Positions 1 through 11,079 of a stretch of DNA of 64,000 nt are shown piece after piece; positions within the stretch are counted from its first letter, which is position 1, and each line of letters opens with the position of its first letter. Source of the stretch: Marsupella aquatica. Lineage: Eukaryota; Plantae; Marchantiophyta. The notes under the pieces are model-generated. The model saw nothing but the letters and a program-made list of their open reading frames with translations. It ran no database searches and was not told the origin of the DNA. Made by a program: the position numbers and the translations under genes. The stretch spans positions 981,224 through 1,045,223 of the forward strand of contig OZ316891.1 in NCBI GenBank assembly GCA_973895155.1. Direction: 5' to 3'.

Positions 1-519
1 TATTCTCTTTACAATAATGATGGTACGCTAATACCTCCAGCCCCGGGCCTCCAGCACTACATCACTCCAGCAGAGTGACCGAGAGGGCACAGAATAATAC
101 TACGCGTGCAGATAGGCTCTGAAATTCTTATTGTCAATATTGAAGGTGAACCGGGCCATTTGATATAGCAGCCTCGAAAAAATCGGGTGTAATTGATTAC
201 TAAAGTGGGTGTGGGTGTGATAGTCACTGGAGATGTTAGAGCTAACCTAGGTTAGTTATTTTAACCCACAAATAAAAAGAGTAATATTGTGATAAATAAA
301 ATTATATCAGAAAAATAAAAACTTAATCAATCACAATTAAATTAAATAATTGAGTTTATTATGGAGGTTATATACTATCACATTTTGATGTGCACTTTAT
401 TAAATGCATAACTATGCAGCTTGTTTGGGAATGTTAAAAATTAGAACTTTTGAATTTTTTGTTACATATCCCTTTGAGGGGTTTCATTAAGTCACAAGCC
501 AATGTATGTGCATTGCACA

Positions 520-1105
520 AAAGATGTCAAGGTGATAAAAGATGTCAAGAAGAGAAAAAATGTCAAGTGATTAAAGATGTCAAGGAGAAAAAAAATGGCA
601 CGGTGAAAAAAGATGTTGAGATGAGAAAAGGAATTGAGATGAGAAAAAGATGTCGAGGTGATAAAAGAAGTCAAGGAGAGAAAAAATGTGAAGGCAAAAA
701 AAGATGTGAAGGTGAGAAAAAAGTAGAGGTGAGAAAAAGATGTCGAGGTGATAAAAGAAGTCAAAGAGAGAAAAAGATGTCAAGGAGAGAAAAGATGTCG
801 AGGTGAGCAAAAAATGTCGAGGCGATAAAAGAAGTCAAAGAGAGAAAAAGATGTCGAGGTGAGAAAATTTGGGGGAAAAACATGACTTGTCCAGGTTCAG
901 AGAAAAGATGTTGAGGAGAGAAATAGATGTTGAGATGAGAACAAAATATTGAGGAGAGAAAATATGTCAAGGTGAACAAAAGATGTTGAAGATAGCAAAA
1001 TAAGTTGAGGAGAAAAACGTTTGCAAAGGAGAGAAAAAGATGTTGAGTGAAAAAAGATGTAAAGTAGAGCAAAACATTTTGAGGTGAGAAAATAAACTTG
1101 AGGTG
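520..1105 (+). repeat. Degenerate ~19-20 bp tandem array, consensus AAAAGATGTCGAGGTGAG
   Basis: Roughly 30 imperfect units such as gagaaaaagatgtcgaggtga; the ORFs over it are low-complexity artefacts. Confidence 0.85.
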
Positions 1106-1599
1106 GAGAGGTGCTCATTGTCCCGTGAGGCAGGAGTTGGGTAGACGACAGGAGGCCGGGTTGCCCATGCAATGTGTTACCTTGGCCACTAAAAGATATA
1201 GATTTGGTTGGATTTTCATGAATTCTTGTGTGGTGTTCTCTCTATTTGTTGCATGATTGTGTTCTTCCCCTAACATGAATGTTTAGAGAAACTTACATGG
1301 TTTGGTCGACCCTATGAGTGAGAGAGTGGTGATAGCACTTTGCCAAAGGCCAGGAGGAGTGGGAACAAGATAGTCCATGGGACTTGATCAAAAGCAAAGT
1401 ACATGTATAGTCGGTAGACTTGATCAAAAAATACATTTCCGGGAACAGAAATGAAACTACTCATCCTTAGTAAGAAATTAATCCATATAACGTCCCCCCA
1501 TGTCCCTCTCATACGATACAAAAAAAATAGTGGAAACCAAACTATATTTATTGTGTTAATCATTTGATAAATAGGTGACACAAAGAACTGGGCTCCCAA

Positions 1600-1930
1600 C
1601 TGGAGAAGGGATTAGGGCAAAAGCAAGACAAATATTGTGGAAAAGAATGTTGGGAGCTTGATCTTATCGGCCTTCATTAAAGATGCATTCTTGGAAAAGT
1701 ATTTTTTAAAGAATGTTCACTTGGAGGTTTAGATAGAATGACAAAATTTGGGACATTGATCAAAAAATGAAGAAAAAAATTTGCATTTGATTTGATTTTG
1801 GAAAAAGATGTTGTTGGGGAGAGCAAGGATGTGGGAGGGTGAGAGGGAGACTTTGCACCGTCAAGGTGTGATCACAATTTACTATTGGGAGGGGAGCATT
1901 CAAAATTTTCCGCTCCCCTTTTTTCCTATT
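1600..1930 (+). repeat. Dispersed host repeat module, copy 1
   Basis: Blocks attagggcaaaag / atgttgggagcttgat / cttcattaaa-atgcatt / gggagagcaaggatgtgggagggtgaga recur at ~19970-20460 (+). The distal part recurs in reverse at ~31420-31665. Confidence 0.75.
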
Positions 1931-1989
1931 TCTTCACTCCTTTGCCACTCCTTAGCCCCATGCCCGTGCGTTGCACGAAAGACTTCGAG

Positions 1990-2083
1990 TGAGGGCAAGA
2001 TGTCGAGGAGAGGGCAAGATGTCGAGGTGAGGGTAAGATTTGGAGGTGAGGGCAAGATGTCAAGGTGAGGGCAAGATGTCGAG
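1990..2083 (+). repeat. 19-bp tandem array GGCAAGATGTCGAGGTGAG, interrupted by the CACTA insertion and resuming at 19508-19595
   Basis: ...gcaagatgtcGAG|CACTA...TAGTG|GAGgtaagggcaagat...; the array register continues across the element. Confidence 0.85.
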
Positions 2084-5000
2084 CACTAGAAGAAACCGGC
2101 CCGTTTTGAGACCTGGAGATGTGTGACTTGTCCAAGACCTTCATGAAATAGCGACTCCAAGGTTGTTGGTGTCATGTTAGTCACACCTTCTTGACTGAGT
2201 TTTGGTGAAGTTTTGCCAAGTCATGTTTACAACTTTTAGGTAAGTTGCAACTATAACTTAGTTAAGGCAATTAGGGTGAAGTTATACAAGTGACTCTACA
2301 TTAGAGTACAACTTATGAGACCACTACATTTGAACCCTTAAACCTTAAAGTATGGGATCCGCGACCATATACATATGATTTTGGATACACCATATGTCAT
2401 TCCACATCAATTTAATAATAGTTTAGTCATACCATTCTAAACCATAATTACTCCTGACCCCATTTAGACACAATGAAGCCTCAGCCCCGTTCAAACCAAG
2501 AGCAGGCCGGCTTTGTCAAACCTTGTTATTAACCTAACTTAATGCTTATTGTAGTCAATCTCTAATTTTTCTCCATCTTTACCACTTGTCCTACCCTCTA
2601 TACCAGCCATAGAACATTGGATGTCCAACTACTATATTTTTGCATGCTATATATATATATATATGCATATGAAGAAGGCTTGATCTTAGATAGCATTAGT
2701 TTTCTTTTAGGCTCTCATTTGTGCTCTTAATTAATGAGCATGCAACAAGGCTATTGTAAGGTTAATCCTAGCCCTGTGCGTTCATTTAATCTTTGCTCAT
2801 ATTGTGTTGTGTCAAATTTGCTTTAGGGTTTACAGCTCATGTCAACGCAAAGTGGTCGAGTGTCACTGGGTTCAGTTCTCTCACTAAGTGTTAAGGTATG
2901 CATTGTGCGTTGCCTTTCGATATGAGTTTAGGGTGCGCGGGTTTTTCAACAGGAAACACACCAGCAGAGTGCAAATGGGAGTTGAAGGTGCGCGGGAACT
3001 CGGAGGTTTTTGTCAAGGAAAAACTTGGATGTCCATTGTGCTTACCAACAACCATCGTTTAGGGCGAGGAGCTTTATGGACTTCACTCCCGCTTGTCGTG
3101 CTTGAGTGTACATCTGCCCTCTATACTTTTGGGAGCTTTGGACTAGAGCAGATGATCGGAAGCCTCGGACGAGAGACACAGACTCCAATATCCAGCTCGT
3201 AGATCAATCCATGATTGATTTTGTCAGGTGTGCGACCTTCAAGCTCTTCTCCATTGTGCGCTTCCAGTTGAATGCTGCAAGGTCTGAATACTATCGGGAG
3301 CTCGCATTTGGGCCAAGGTTTAGGTATTTTGTCATTGGAGGACTGAGCTGTGGGTTTAGGCCGACTTACTATGAGCTTATGTTGTTGCAGCTGTGACCAA
3401 TAACTGAGGAGCTGCGACCAAGAGCTTATTTTGTTGCAGCACTGCCGTGGACAAGGGGTTGTGGAGGATCGGGGAGCTGCGACGTAGAACTGAGGAGCTG
3501 CGAAAAAGTGGGGAGTGATCTTGAAGGCCAACTATCTAGCGTGAGGTGGATCATCGTGGTTGCAACAGCGATCGGGCCCTTTTTTGCATTGGCATTGTCA
3601 GTAAGACAATCTGTGGACGCGCAAAAGAGTCGCAAGGAGTTGTTCTTGTGGGCAGAGATTGGAGTTCACATTTGGTAAGTCCACCTCAATAATGACATAC
3701 ATTGTAGGTGGAGGCAATGTTATGGCCTCTTGTTGTCTTTAAACTCATTCTCCACTCACAAGAGAATGAGGATTGATTGTGTCCTGAGAAGCTTAACAAT
3801 TTATGTTGTTGACATCGTCCACATTGAGTGACAGTGAGCTCAAGTCAGTGAGTGACCGATCAAATGGGACATTTGTGCTCTTCATTACATGCTCGGGCAA
3901 GAGTGATTGATGTACTAATCGCAAGCGCTCCCAAGTATCCATTTGTCGTTAAGGCTTGAAGCTTCACCGGGAGCTGCGACCGTTAGTGGGGAGGAGTTGG
4001 AGGTTGTGTTGCGCTCGTACACAACCTCCAAGGTACAAGGCAGGAGTTGTGCAATTTAAGGTGAGAGTCAATAGCTTTTGGGATTCACCATCTTTCATCG
4101 TTGTCATCGCTGCTCTCGTCTATCGCTACGGCCGATTGCTGCTCTGCGTTTTTGCCATGGGTTGCCAGTCTGCCAGATGCTGAGTGAGATAGAGGCTACA
4201 ACCTGGGTGCGCGGAGGTCCTCACTAATCCCATGGTTTACAGTTTGCAAAATGTGACAGCCCCAGTGCACAGTGAGGTATAGGGTGTGTGAGGTATAGGG
4301 TGTTCTTACTCGTGCTACAGTCACTTTGACTTGCTGAGTTCCAGCAAATTGAGTTTTAGGTGCGGTCAATGAGAGTTGAGCTGTTTGAGCTACGGTCACT
4401 GAGAGTTTAGAGTTTGAGCTGCGGTCACTGAATGCTGGCATTGAGGTGCACGCCCTTCACATTGATCAGTGAAGGCTACGGCCGGGGTGATTATGACAGT
4501 GATTCCAATGCAAACCGTCCAGGTAAGATTTATGTGACATTGTGTACAATGAAAGTGGCCCTGCTTATTGACTGCTTAATGTTTGTGTTGCAACTGGCAG
4601 CAGATGCATGGAGTGCAGCGAAGGGAGGCGCTATTCATGTGAGCTGACAGGGGAGCTGGACTTGTGAGCCGTGGTTGCAGCTACGTCTTGGAGCTACGAC
4701 CTATGAGTTGCGGCTAGAGCTACAACTTGACCTGAAGGTGACGCATGAAGAGTAATTTTGCAATCCATGAATGTTTGTACTCAATGTTATAGATGCATAG
4801 GGTGGGTGTTGCATTTTGTTACTGTAAAATGTCCGTGATGTCGTGAGATGTTCTGTTCCTTGGATTGAGACAATTCTTAGATCTCTGCATCAGCGATTAT
4901 TGTATGTCATGTCTCACCTCAGATCATGAACGTGATTGGTTGGAGACTATATTAATTGGGGAGGAGCTCCAATCCGTTGTCATTGCTTCTCAGTGGAGTG

Positions 5001-7280
5001 TTGTTTTAGTAAGCTACAGGGGGCAACAGAGCGCAAGTTGCTGCTTGCAAGTTCACGCCTGCTACCTGCTACCTACGACTTCCGCCTGAAAGGTATGACA
5101 TTCACATATGCGCATTTCTGGTCTCCAGTTGATCAATGTACTTATTCCCGCTGCCTTGAAATGGACCTCAAATTTCCATGCTCCAATACGCTACTGTGAT
5201 TGAAGCCTATCACGATGCAAAAACAGAGGAGAGGCAGAATCAGAGCCCGGACACCAACGTGTACAGATATCACGAAGCTAAAATAGAGGAGAGGAAGAAT
5301 CAGTGCTCGGCTCGGACACCAAAGTGTACAGACATCATGAAGTAACTACAAGCTAGTAGATAGGTCAAATGCTCCCAAATCGAGTCAGAGGAAAGTTACT
5401 AAGACTACCTTCACAACTCTCAAGTCTGGAAAGTAAAAATCAGCCTGAGACACGTAGCAAGAACTGTTGTCTGCTAGGAACTGTTGTCTGCTTTCTTGGG
5501 GATCGTCATGTGTATGTAATTGCATACACATTCTACCTGAGGGGAGTATCATGACTGTACACCTCAGGTAGAACCGAGTACTATCTATCGCATGATATAA
5601 TTCCTCTACAATTTTGTATTAATGTTGCCTAAGTGCTTTGTTGTATTGTTTTGGTTGTAATGACGTCACTTGCATTTCATAGTCAGTCTTAGTTGGTTGG
5701 CTTGGTACTCATTTGCTTTTCACTCCCTCTGGCTAGTGAATTTGTCTATTGTTGCTGAGTTTTTTGCGTAAGAACTACATGTTCTTCACTTTCTTGATCG
5801 TACTCTCTCCCCTATGGAAGACTATTGGCTTGGGCTGCCAGCCTTCTCTCTATTTCAATTTGTTGTCCCTATGGTCAAACACTACTTGGTTAGTGGTTTT
5901 GCTCTATTTTTGTCTGTTTTGCCTTCAAGTAGGACATGGATGAATTGAGCTTGGAGGCAACAAAATGGCAAGGCCGAATCTGAATGGTTCCAGAAGTATG
6001 TGTGCTGCATTTTGATTTGGAGAACCAATTGTAGAGTTGACTCTTTTTGAATGTTGTAGTCTATTTTGCCTTGAACTGGGCCATGGATGAATTGAGCTTG
6101 GAGGCAGTTTTTTTCATTCCCATCTTCCTGAAGCCTTGTCTGCTTTCTGCCACCCCCTTGTGGTGGGGACTTTTCTTGAAAGATCCTTATTGTGAACAGA
6201 GTTTGTACTTTGATTATGAAGTTTGACTGAGTTTCTGTTTACTGAAAGAATGTGACTATGTAAGAGTTTCGTTTGGCAGTGGATTGGTTGAAGCACTTCC
6301 TGCTAGTGTGATGTCCACAGCTCTTCAACCAGCTTTTGTATTCCTTGTCTTTCACCACTAGCTTACGGTGACATCAATTCAGCTAAGACCATAGAAGGTT
6401 CCAAGGCATCTAACTTGTAAAATCGCATTCTGTTACATCAAGGACTAAGGTGTTGGGTGCCAAAGGAGACAGCACATCAAACGTGCTGAAAAGACTTCAG
6501 GACTGGGTTCAACAAGGTAGTGAAGGTGCTTAGAGCCATAGTAAGTATGCATTCTGTATCCTTTCTCTGTTGATGTGAGCTTGTGCATAGTAGGAGTTGT
6601 AGTTGGCAAGAGTTCCATAAGGCCAAATATGAATAGTTCTAGAAGTATGTGTATGAACCAAGTGTAGAGTTGACTCTTTCTAAATATTGTAGTCTCTTTT
6701 GCCTTCAACTGGGCCATCGAGTACTGCTAGTGTATTCACCCCAATGAGCAATGCTTCTCCATTCAATCAGGTGAATGTACAGTTTGGTAGGGCCAATGCC
6801 AGGTGATCATGTACTTGCTCTATAAAATTCTGAAGATATAAGCATTTTCTGTTAGACCAGGAAACTTGGGAGTTTCTAAGTGTCACCTGCATCTGAGGGG
6901 CTACACCGGGGGCATCAGTGGAGGTTCACTTGCACAACACGACAGCCAGTGAATTTTCTCTCTGCTGCAACCTGCAAGGTGAGACTTTTGGTCCTTCTGG
7001 ATGAAAAAACAGGATTTTAATATGATTGATATACATGTCCGTCGAGAACATGGGTTTATCACCAAGCTCTTTGTCTTAGGAAACTCATAAACTCAGAATC
7101 AAATATGTACTATACACGTTTCATGCTATGTGTATACTATGACCTGTAGTTGGAACCAAGACAGTGAGTGGGAACTGATTAGTTTAGGTTGGTTGTTGTT
7201 GGTGAGGCAAGTCGACCTCCTGCTCGCCTTGCTCATCAAAGGACGTGAATAGAGGACGTCACAACGAAAGCAACACTTAA

Positions 7281-7730
7281 ATGGTGAGGACCCGCAACGC
7301 TGAACATGTGCGGCTTGCACGCAAGGCAGAGATGTTGCGCCTTGAGTATGTCAGACTTGGGATCCTTCCAGCCCAGTTTGCATGGTACTTTGAGTACCCT
7401 GTTGTTTCCAGGAACAACTACAGCCGGCCTCTACCTGCTTCAGTACCCTTCCCGACATCCTTGGTATTTGTGTCTCTTGTACATGACCCGCCACAAATTA
7501 GGTGCCAAGGGTGTGTGCACAGTTGCCAATATGACTGTCCTGCCTGTAGGGCTTCTGGCCCAGAATTGGATGACCGTTCTCTTGGATGCCGATTTTTGCA
7601 CAGAGCACAATGTATCATCTGGAACCACTCGCCATCCTGCAGTGTGCCTGGTGATGTCACTTGTCCTGCCCTCCCAGACCCCACCACTGGTGGCTTTGGT
7701 GTCTACACATGTTTGGATCACATGCTCTAG
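7281..7730 (+). CDS. Cys/His-rich 149-aa hypothetical protein (CACTA cargo, possible Zn-binding)
   Basis: ATG-initiated open frame with CxxCxxxCxxxCxxC (RCQGCVHSCQYDCPAC) and further C/H residues. Same strand as the other element genes; no family recognised. Confidence 0.4.
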   Translation: MVRTRNAEHVRLARKAEMLRLEYVRLGILPAQFAWYFEYPVVSRNNYSRPLPASVPFPTSLVFVSLVHDPPQIRCQGCVHSCQYDCPACRASGPELDDRSLGCRFLHRAQCIIWNHSPSCSVPGDVTCPALPDPTTGGFGVYTCLDHML

Positions 7731-8502
7731 AGGACCACTTGTCACACCACATGCATAGACCAGATACCATTGACCTATAGCTTAACACTCTACCTTCAAC
7801 ACAGAGGATATTTACTTAAAATTTTGATGTATGAGCAATTTTGGGTCCAGGGTTTAGGGTCAACAGTACATAACTTATCCTAGTATGCCTGCACTAAGCA
7901 AAATATCCTAATTTAAGAGGCTACCAAACTCGCTTAAAAGTCTCTATTGAAAGACTACTTTAATATTGCTTTAACCTGGTGAACATTGCAACGTTGAATG
8001 AATTAATGGGCCATGTGATAATATGCAAAATGTGATTTATGCCTCACTTATTTGTCTCAACCACTATCATAACCTATTTAGGATGTATAAATTTCAACCC
8101 TTATGACACTGCTTCATACCAATCCTCTTCGAAGAATGCCTGTTTTACATGTCACGACTATTGTATGTGATTCAAATGCATGAAATGTTGTTGCAGATCT
8201 CCTTTGGTGAATCATAGCCACAATTAAAATTGAGGTGTTGGTGAAGAAATTGTATTAGGGGATCAGTTTTGTGTGTGGGCTCAACATACCCAAAGTATGT
8301 GTGCTCTGCATCCTTGTGTGGCCATTCCAATTCATTGCAGTAGCAAATGCCTAAATTGTACCTTAAATGCTAAATATATTTTACTTTCTATGCAGTCTGC
8401 TAAATTGTAGAGTCTATCTAAATGCCTTTGTACCTTAAATGCTAAATATATTTTACTTTCTGTGTAGTCTGCTAAATTGTAGAGTCTATCTCATGCGCAG
8501 GC

Positions 8503-9183
8503 ATGGCACGGCCTAAAATTCAAGCCAAAAAGCGTGTGACAGAGGTGAGAAACACAGGTGTACTTGGGGCAGATGCTACTAACTTCTCTGCAAGTCAGAT
8601 TTTCCAGAAGGCAGCTCATTGTTGTGCCATTTGTGATGATGGTGGGGGCCTGGTCATTTGTGAGGGCCCTTGCATGAGGCATTTCCACCTCAACCCGGAG
8701 TCTGACCTTGCTGCAGAAAACAACTGTCCAAGGGTGGGCCTCCCGTCAACACACCAGGGAGACTGGATGTGCACTGATTGTTTGGAGAAGCAGGCTAAGT
8801 GTGCACAGTGTGGGAAGTTGGGGTCCTATGAGGGCTTTGTTGATGCTGCAGCAAATGTTAGGAAATGTCCAGACCGTTTTTGTGTGAGATTTTTCTGTTT
8901 TGAGTGTTTGCCTGCTCATGCCAAAGCTTGCCCACTTCATAGGTGCAAGGCATGTGGTGAGCATGATGATGACTACTGGACTGACATAGTCCACTGTGCT
9001 AGGTGTCCCACTATGTGGCACTATCATTGCCTGAAAGATCATCAAGCAGAGGGTTATGCTTGTGACAGAGAAATCTATGATCACTCTGCACATGGTGTTG
9101 ATCGATGGATATTTTATTGTCATCGCCATGCCATTGATCCTACCTCGCGCACTCCTGTGAGAGATCACATATCTTGGCTGTGA
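8503..9183 (+). CDS. EDM2-like composite PHD-finger protein (CACTA cargo), 226 aa
   Basis: CAICDDGG..CEGPCMRHFH..C..C..C..CGKLGS..CPLHRCKAC..CARCPTMWHYHCL..IFYCHRHAIDPTSRTPVRDH follows the Arabidopsis EDM2 PHD region as I recall it (CAICDNGG..CEGSCLRSFH..CPLHKCSVC..CRRCPKSYHRKCL..LIYCQEHEID..TPVRDH). Splice acceptor at 8500 just before the ATG. Confidence 0.85.
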   Translation: MARPKIQAKKRVTEVRNTGVLGADATNFSASQIFQKAAHCCAICDDGGGLVICEGPCMRHFHLNPESDLAAENNCPRVGLPSTHQGDWMCTDCLEKQAKCAQCGKLGSYEGFVDAAANVRKCPDRFCVRFFCFECLPAHAKACPLHRCKACGEHDDDYWTDIVHCARCPTMWHYHCLKDHQAEGYACDREIYDHSAHGVDRWIFYCHRHAIDPTSRTPVRDHISWL

Positions 9184-9775
9184 AGCTGAACATTGTACAT
9201 GCACAGTGCACCTGATGTGGATGTACTATTTTTTGAGATTGCAGAGATTCCAATTTTGAAAAGGAGTTGGGTAGGCGAGTTTATATAGGCAGCACTTATC
9301 TTGTGCTCTGGCGTCAGTGGCTGGGTACATGCCTATACAAACTTATCCTTACAAGCCTTCTTGGAAGTATTTAGGCTGAGTGGTCATTTTCATAAACACT
9401 TTCATCAGACTGCTAAATTAAAACAGGACTTCTAAGTTGTAAGCGTATAAATTATCAGGCATGCAATTAATCAAATTGCCCTATAAGTTTGTCATTGAAT
9501 GTATCCTCCTTTACAACAAAATATGTATGTGCCATGACAAGTTGGTTGCACTTCATTTCACCACGGATATGGATTTTGTAGTATATATTCAAACAATGTC
9601 CTGCATCCGTGCAGGTGCCTAGTACGTATTGTTCACATATCCCTTGTACCTATCAAAATCGGACCTGAGCACCAGTGGGCCAGATCAACTCAAAAAGCAT
9701 GAATTTTGTTGTCCTTGTATTGTCAGGTGAACCCATTCTTCCAAAATTCACTGTCATCACGTAGGGTGTGTGTAC

Positions 9776-10648
9776 ATGGAGCCTGGGAAACATAGAAAGT
9801 GTGACCACCCAGCAGTGTTTACAGGGGTCAGAGCGATTTTGGTCCATGGCCAGCATGGGTTGACCAAAGTGCATTGGCCAACTGTACAGAAACGATTCTC
9901 TGAGCTCCATGGCACTGTAGTTCAGGACATCACTCCAGAGACTACACATGTTGTTGCAGGGACATGGCTATCAGTGATAAACAAGTGGTCATGGTCCTAC
10001 ATGAATTCTGCAATTACTAAGCAAGGCCTAAAAGTAGTTGAGGCCTCTTGGATCACAGATTCCATAGCACATAAGATTGTACAGGATACTGAGCAATATG
10101 AGTTGTGGGAGGATGAAGAAGCTACTGCATCAGCTTGGGCTGAACAAGAAGTCTGGGAAGCAAAGGCACGGCTTGCTGATCTCCAATATGGACCTGTACT
10201 CAACAAAGGACAGAGCTCTACAAGGCTGAAGAGTATGTTGGCTGAGGAGACGAAGCAACCAACCCCCATTCCGAAAGGGCTGAGCATGGTATTTGTGGAG
10301 GCGGGAATTGGAGAGGTTAAGTGCAAAGTGTACAAGTCCACAGTGCTTGACCTAGGTGGGACAGTGGAGGAGAATATAACAGAGGACACCACTCATGTCA
10401 TTACTAAGTCATATCCCAAAGCCTGCCGCAAATTTGGGAAGGGAGACATTCGCTTTTATGTCATGTCCCATAATGTGTTTGTGGTTTCATATGCTTGGCT
10501 TGTGGAATCAGTAGCAGCTGGGAAGCGTCAAAACCCAATGGACTATGATCTTTTTGAGGCCTGGCCACGGAAGGGTCAGGATCCTTACAGAGAGGACTAT
10601 GAGACAACAAGTGAGGAATGGGTCATTAGCGATTCTGAATCAGAGTGA
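9776..10648 (+). CDS. Tandem BRCT-domain protein (Pol X/Pol lambda-like BRCTs; CACTA cargo)
   Basis: Two BRCT signatures: ELHGTVVQDITPETTHVV...VVEASWITDS...Y and DLGGTVEENITEDTTHVIT...VVSYAWLVES...Y. First ATG at 9776, after an acceptor at ~9764. Confidence 0.85.
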   Translation: MEPGKHRKCDHPAVFTGVRAILVHGQHGLTKVHWPTVQKRFSELHGTVVQDITPETTHVVAGTWLSVINKWSWSYMNSAITKQGLKVVEASWITDSIAHKIVQDTEQYELWEDEEATASAWAEQEVWEAKARLADLQYGPVLNKGQSSTRLKSMLAEETKQPTPIPKGLSMVFVEAGIGEVKCKVYKSTVLDLGGTVEENITEDTTHVITKSYPKACRKFGKGDIRFYVMSHNVFVVSYAWLVESVAAGKRQNPMDYDLFEAWPRKGQDPYREDYETTSEEWVISDSESE

Positions 10649-11079
10649 GGAGTAGTAGCATCAGTTTGGACACAAGTTTTTTTGTATAAATCAGATCATT
10701 GAAATAAATGTGATCTTTGAACTAATGTACCTTGTTATGGTTGGTGGCAGTTGGGCTTATTTTACTGTTGGCGGATTGTTGTTTCCTGCTGCCTGGGGGT
10801 GTCACTGTAAACGTACATGCAAAGGCGGTACATTTGAGGACAGCGGAGGAGGTGGTGACACCCTCCAACATTTAGGAATTTTGTGTCATTCACTTGACAA
10901 TAGGTACACTACTTGCGAACCTGTTTTTTTCTTTTGGGGTGGTTTAGGGTGTGAGAATTTAGTACACGTTATGTTAACTCTTTTGGCAGATACAGTCAGG
11001 GATATATGGAACACAAATACCACCATTAGGCATCCTTGTTCACTGCTGTCCATGACTGCAGAGCTCCCAGCCTGTTACA

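Noticed and set aside
450-1172. ORFs over the tandem array, and a possible CRISPR-like array
   Set aside because: The units are degenerate and contiguous with no unique spacers, there are no cas genes, and the translations are low-complexity.
2888-7000. Many short ORFs in the CACTA 5' region
   Set aside because: No recognisable domain or consistent reading frame; the region holds local duplications (e.g. 5187-5340, 5933-6110 vs 6630-6715) and is probably leader or decayed sequence.
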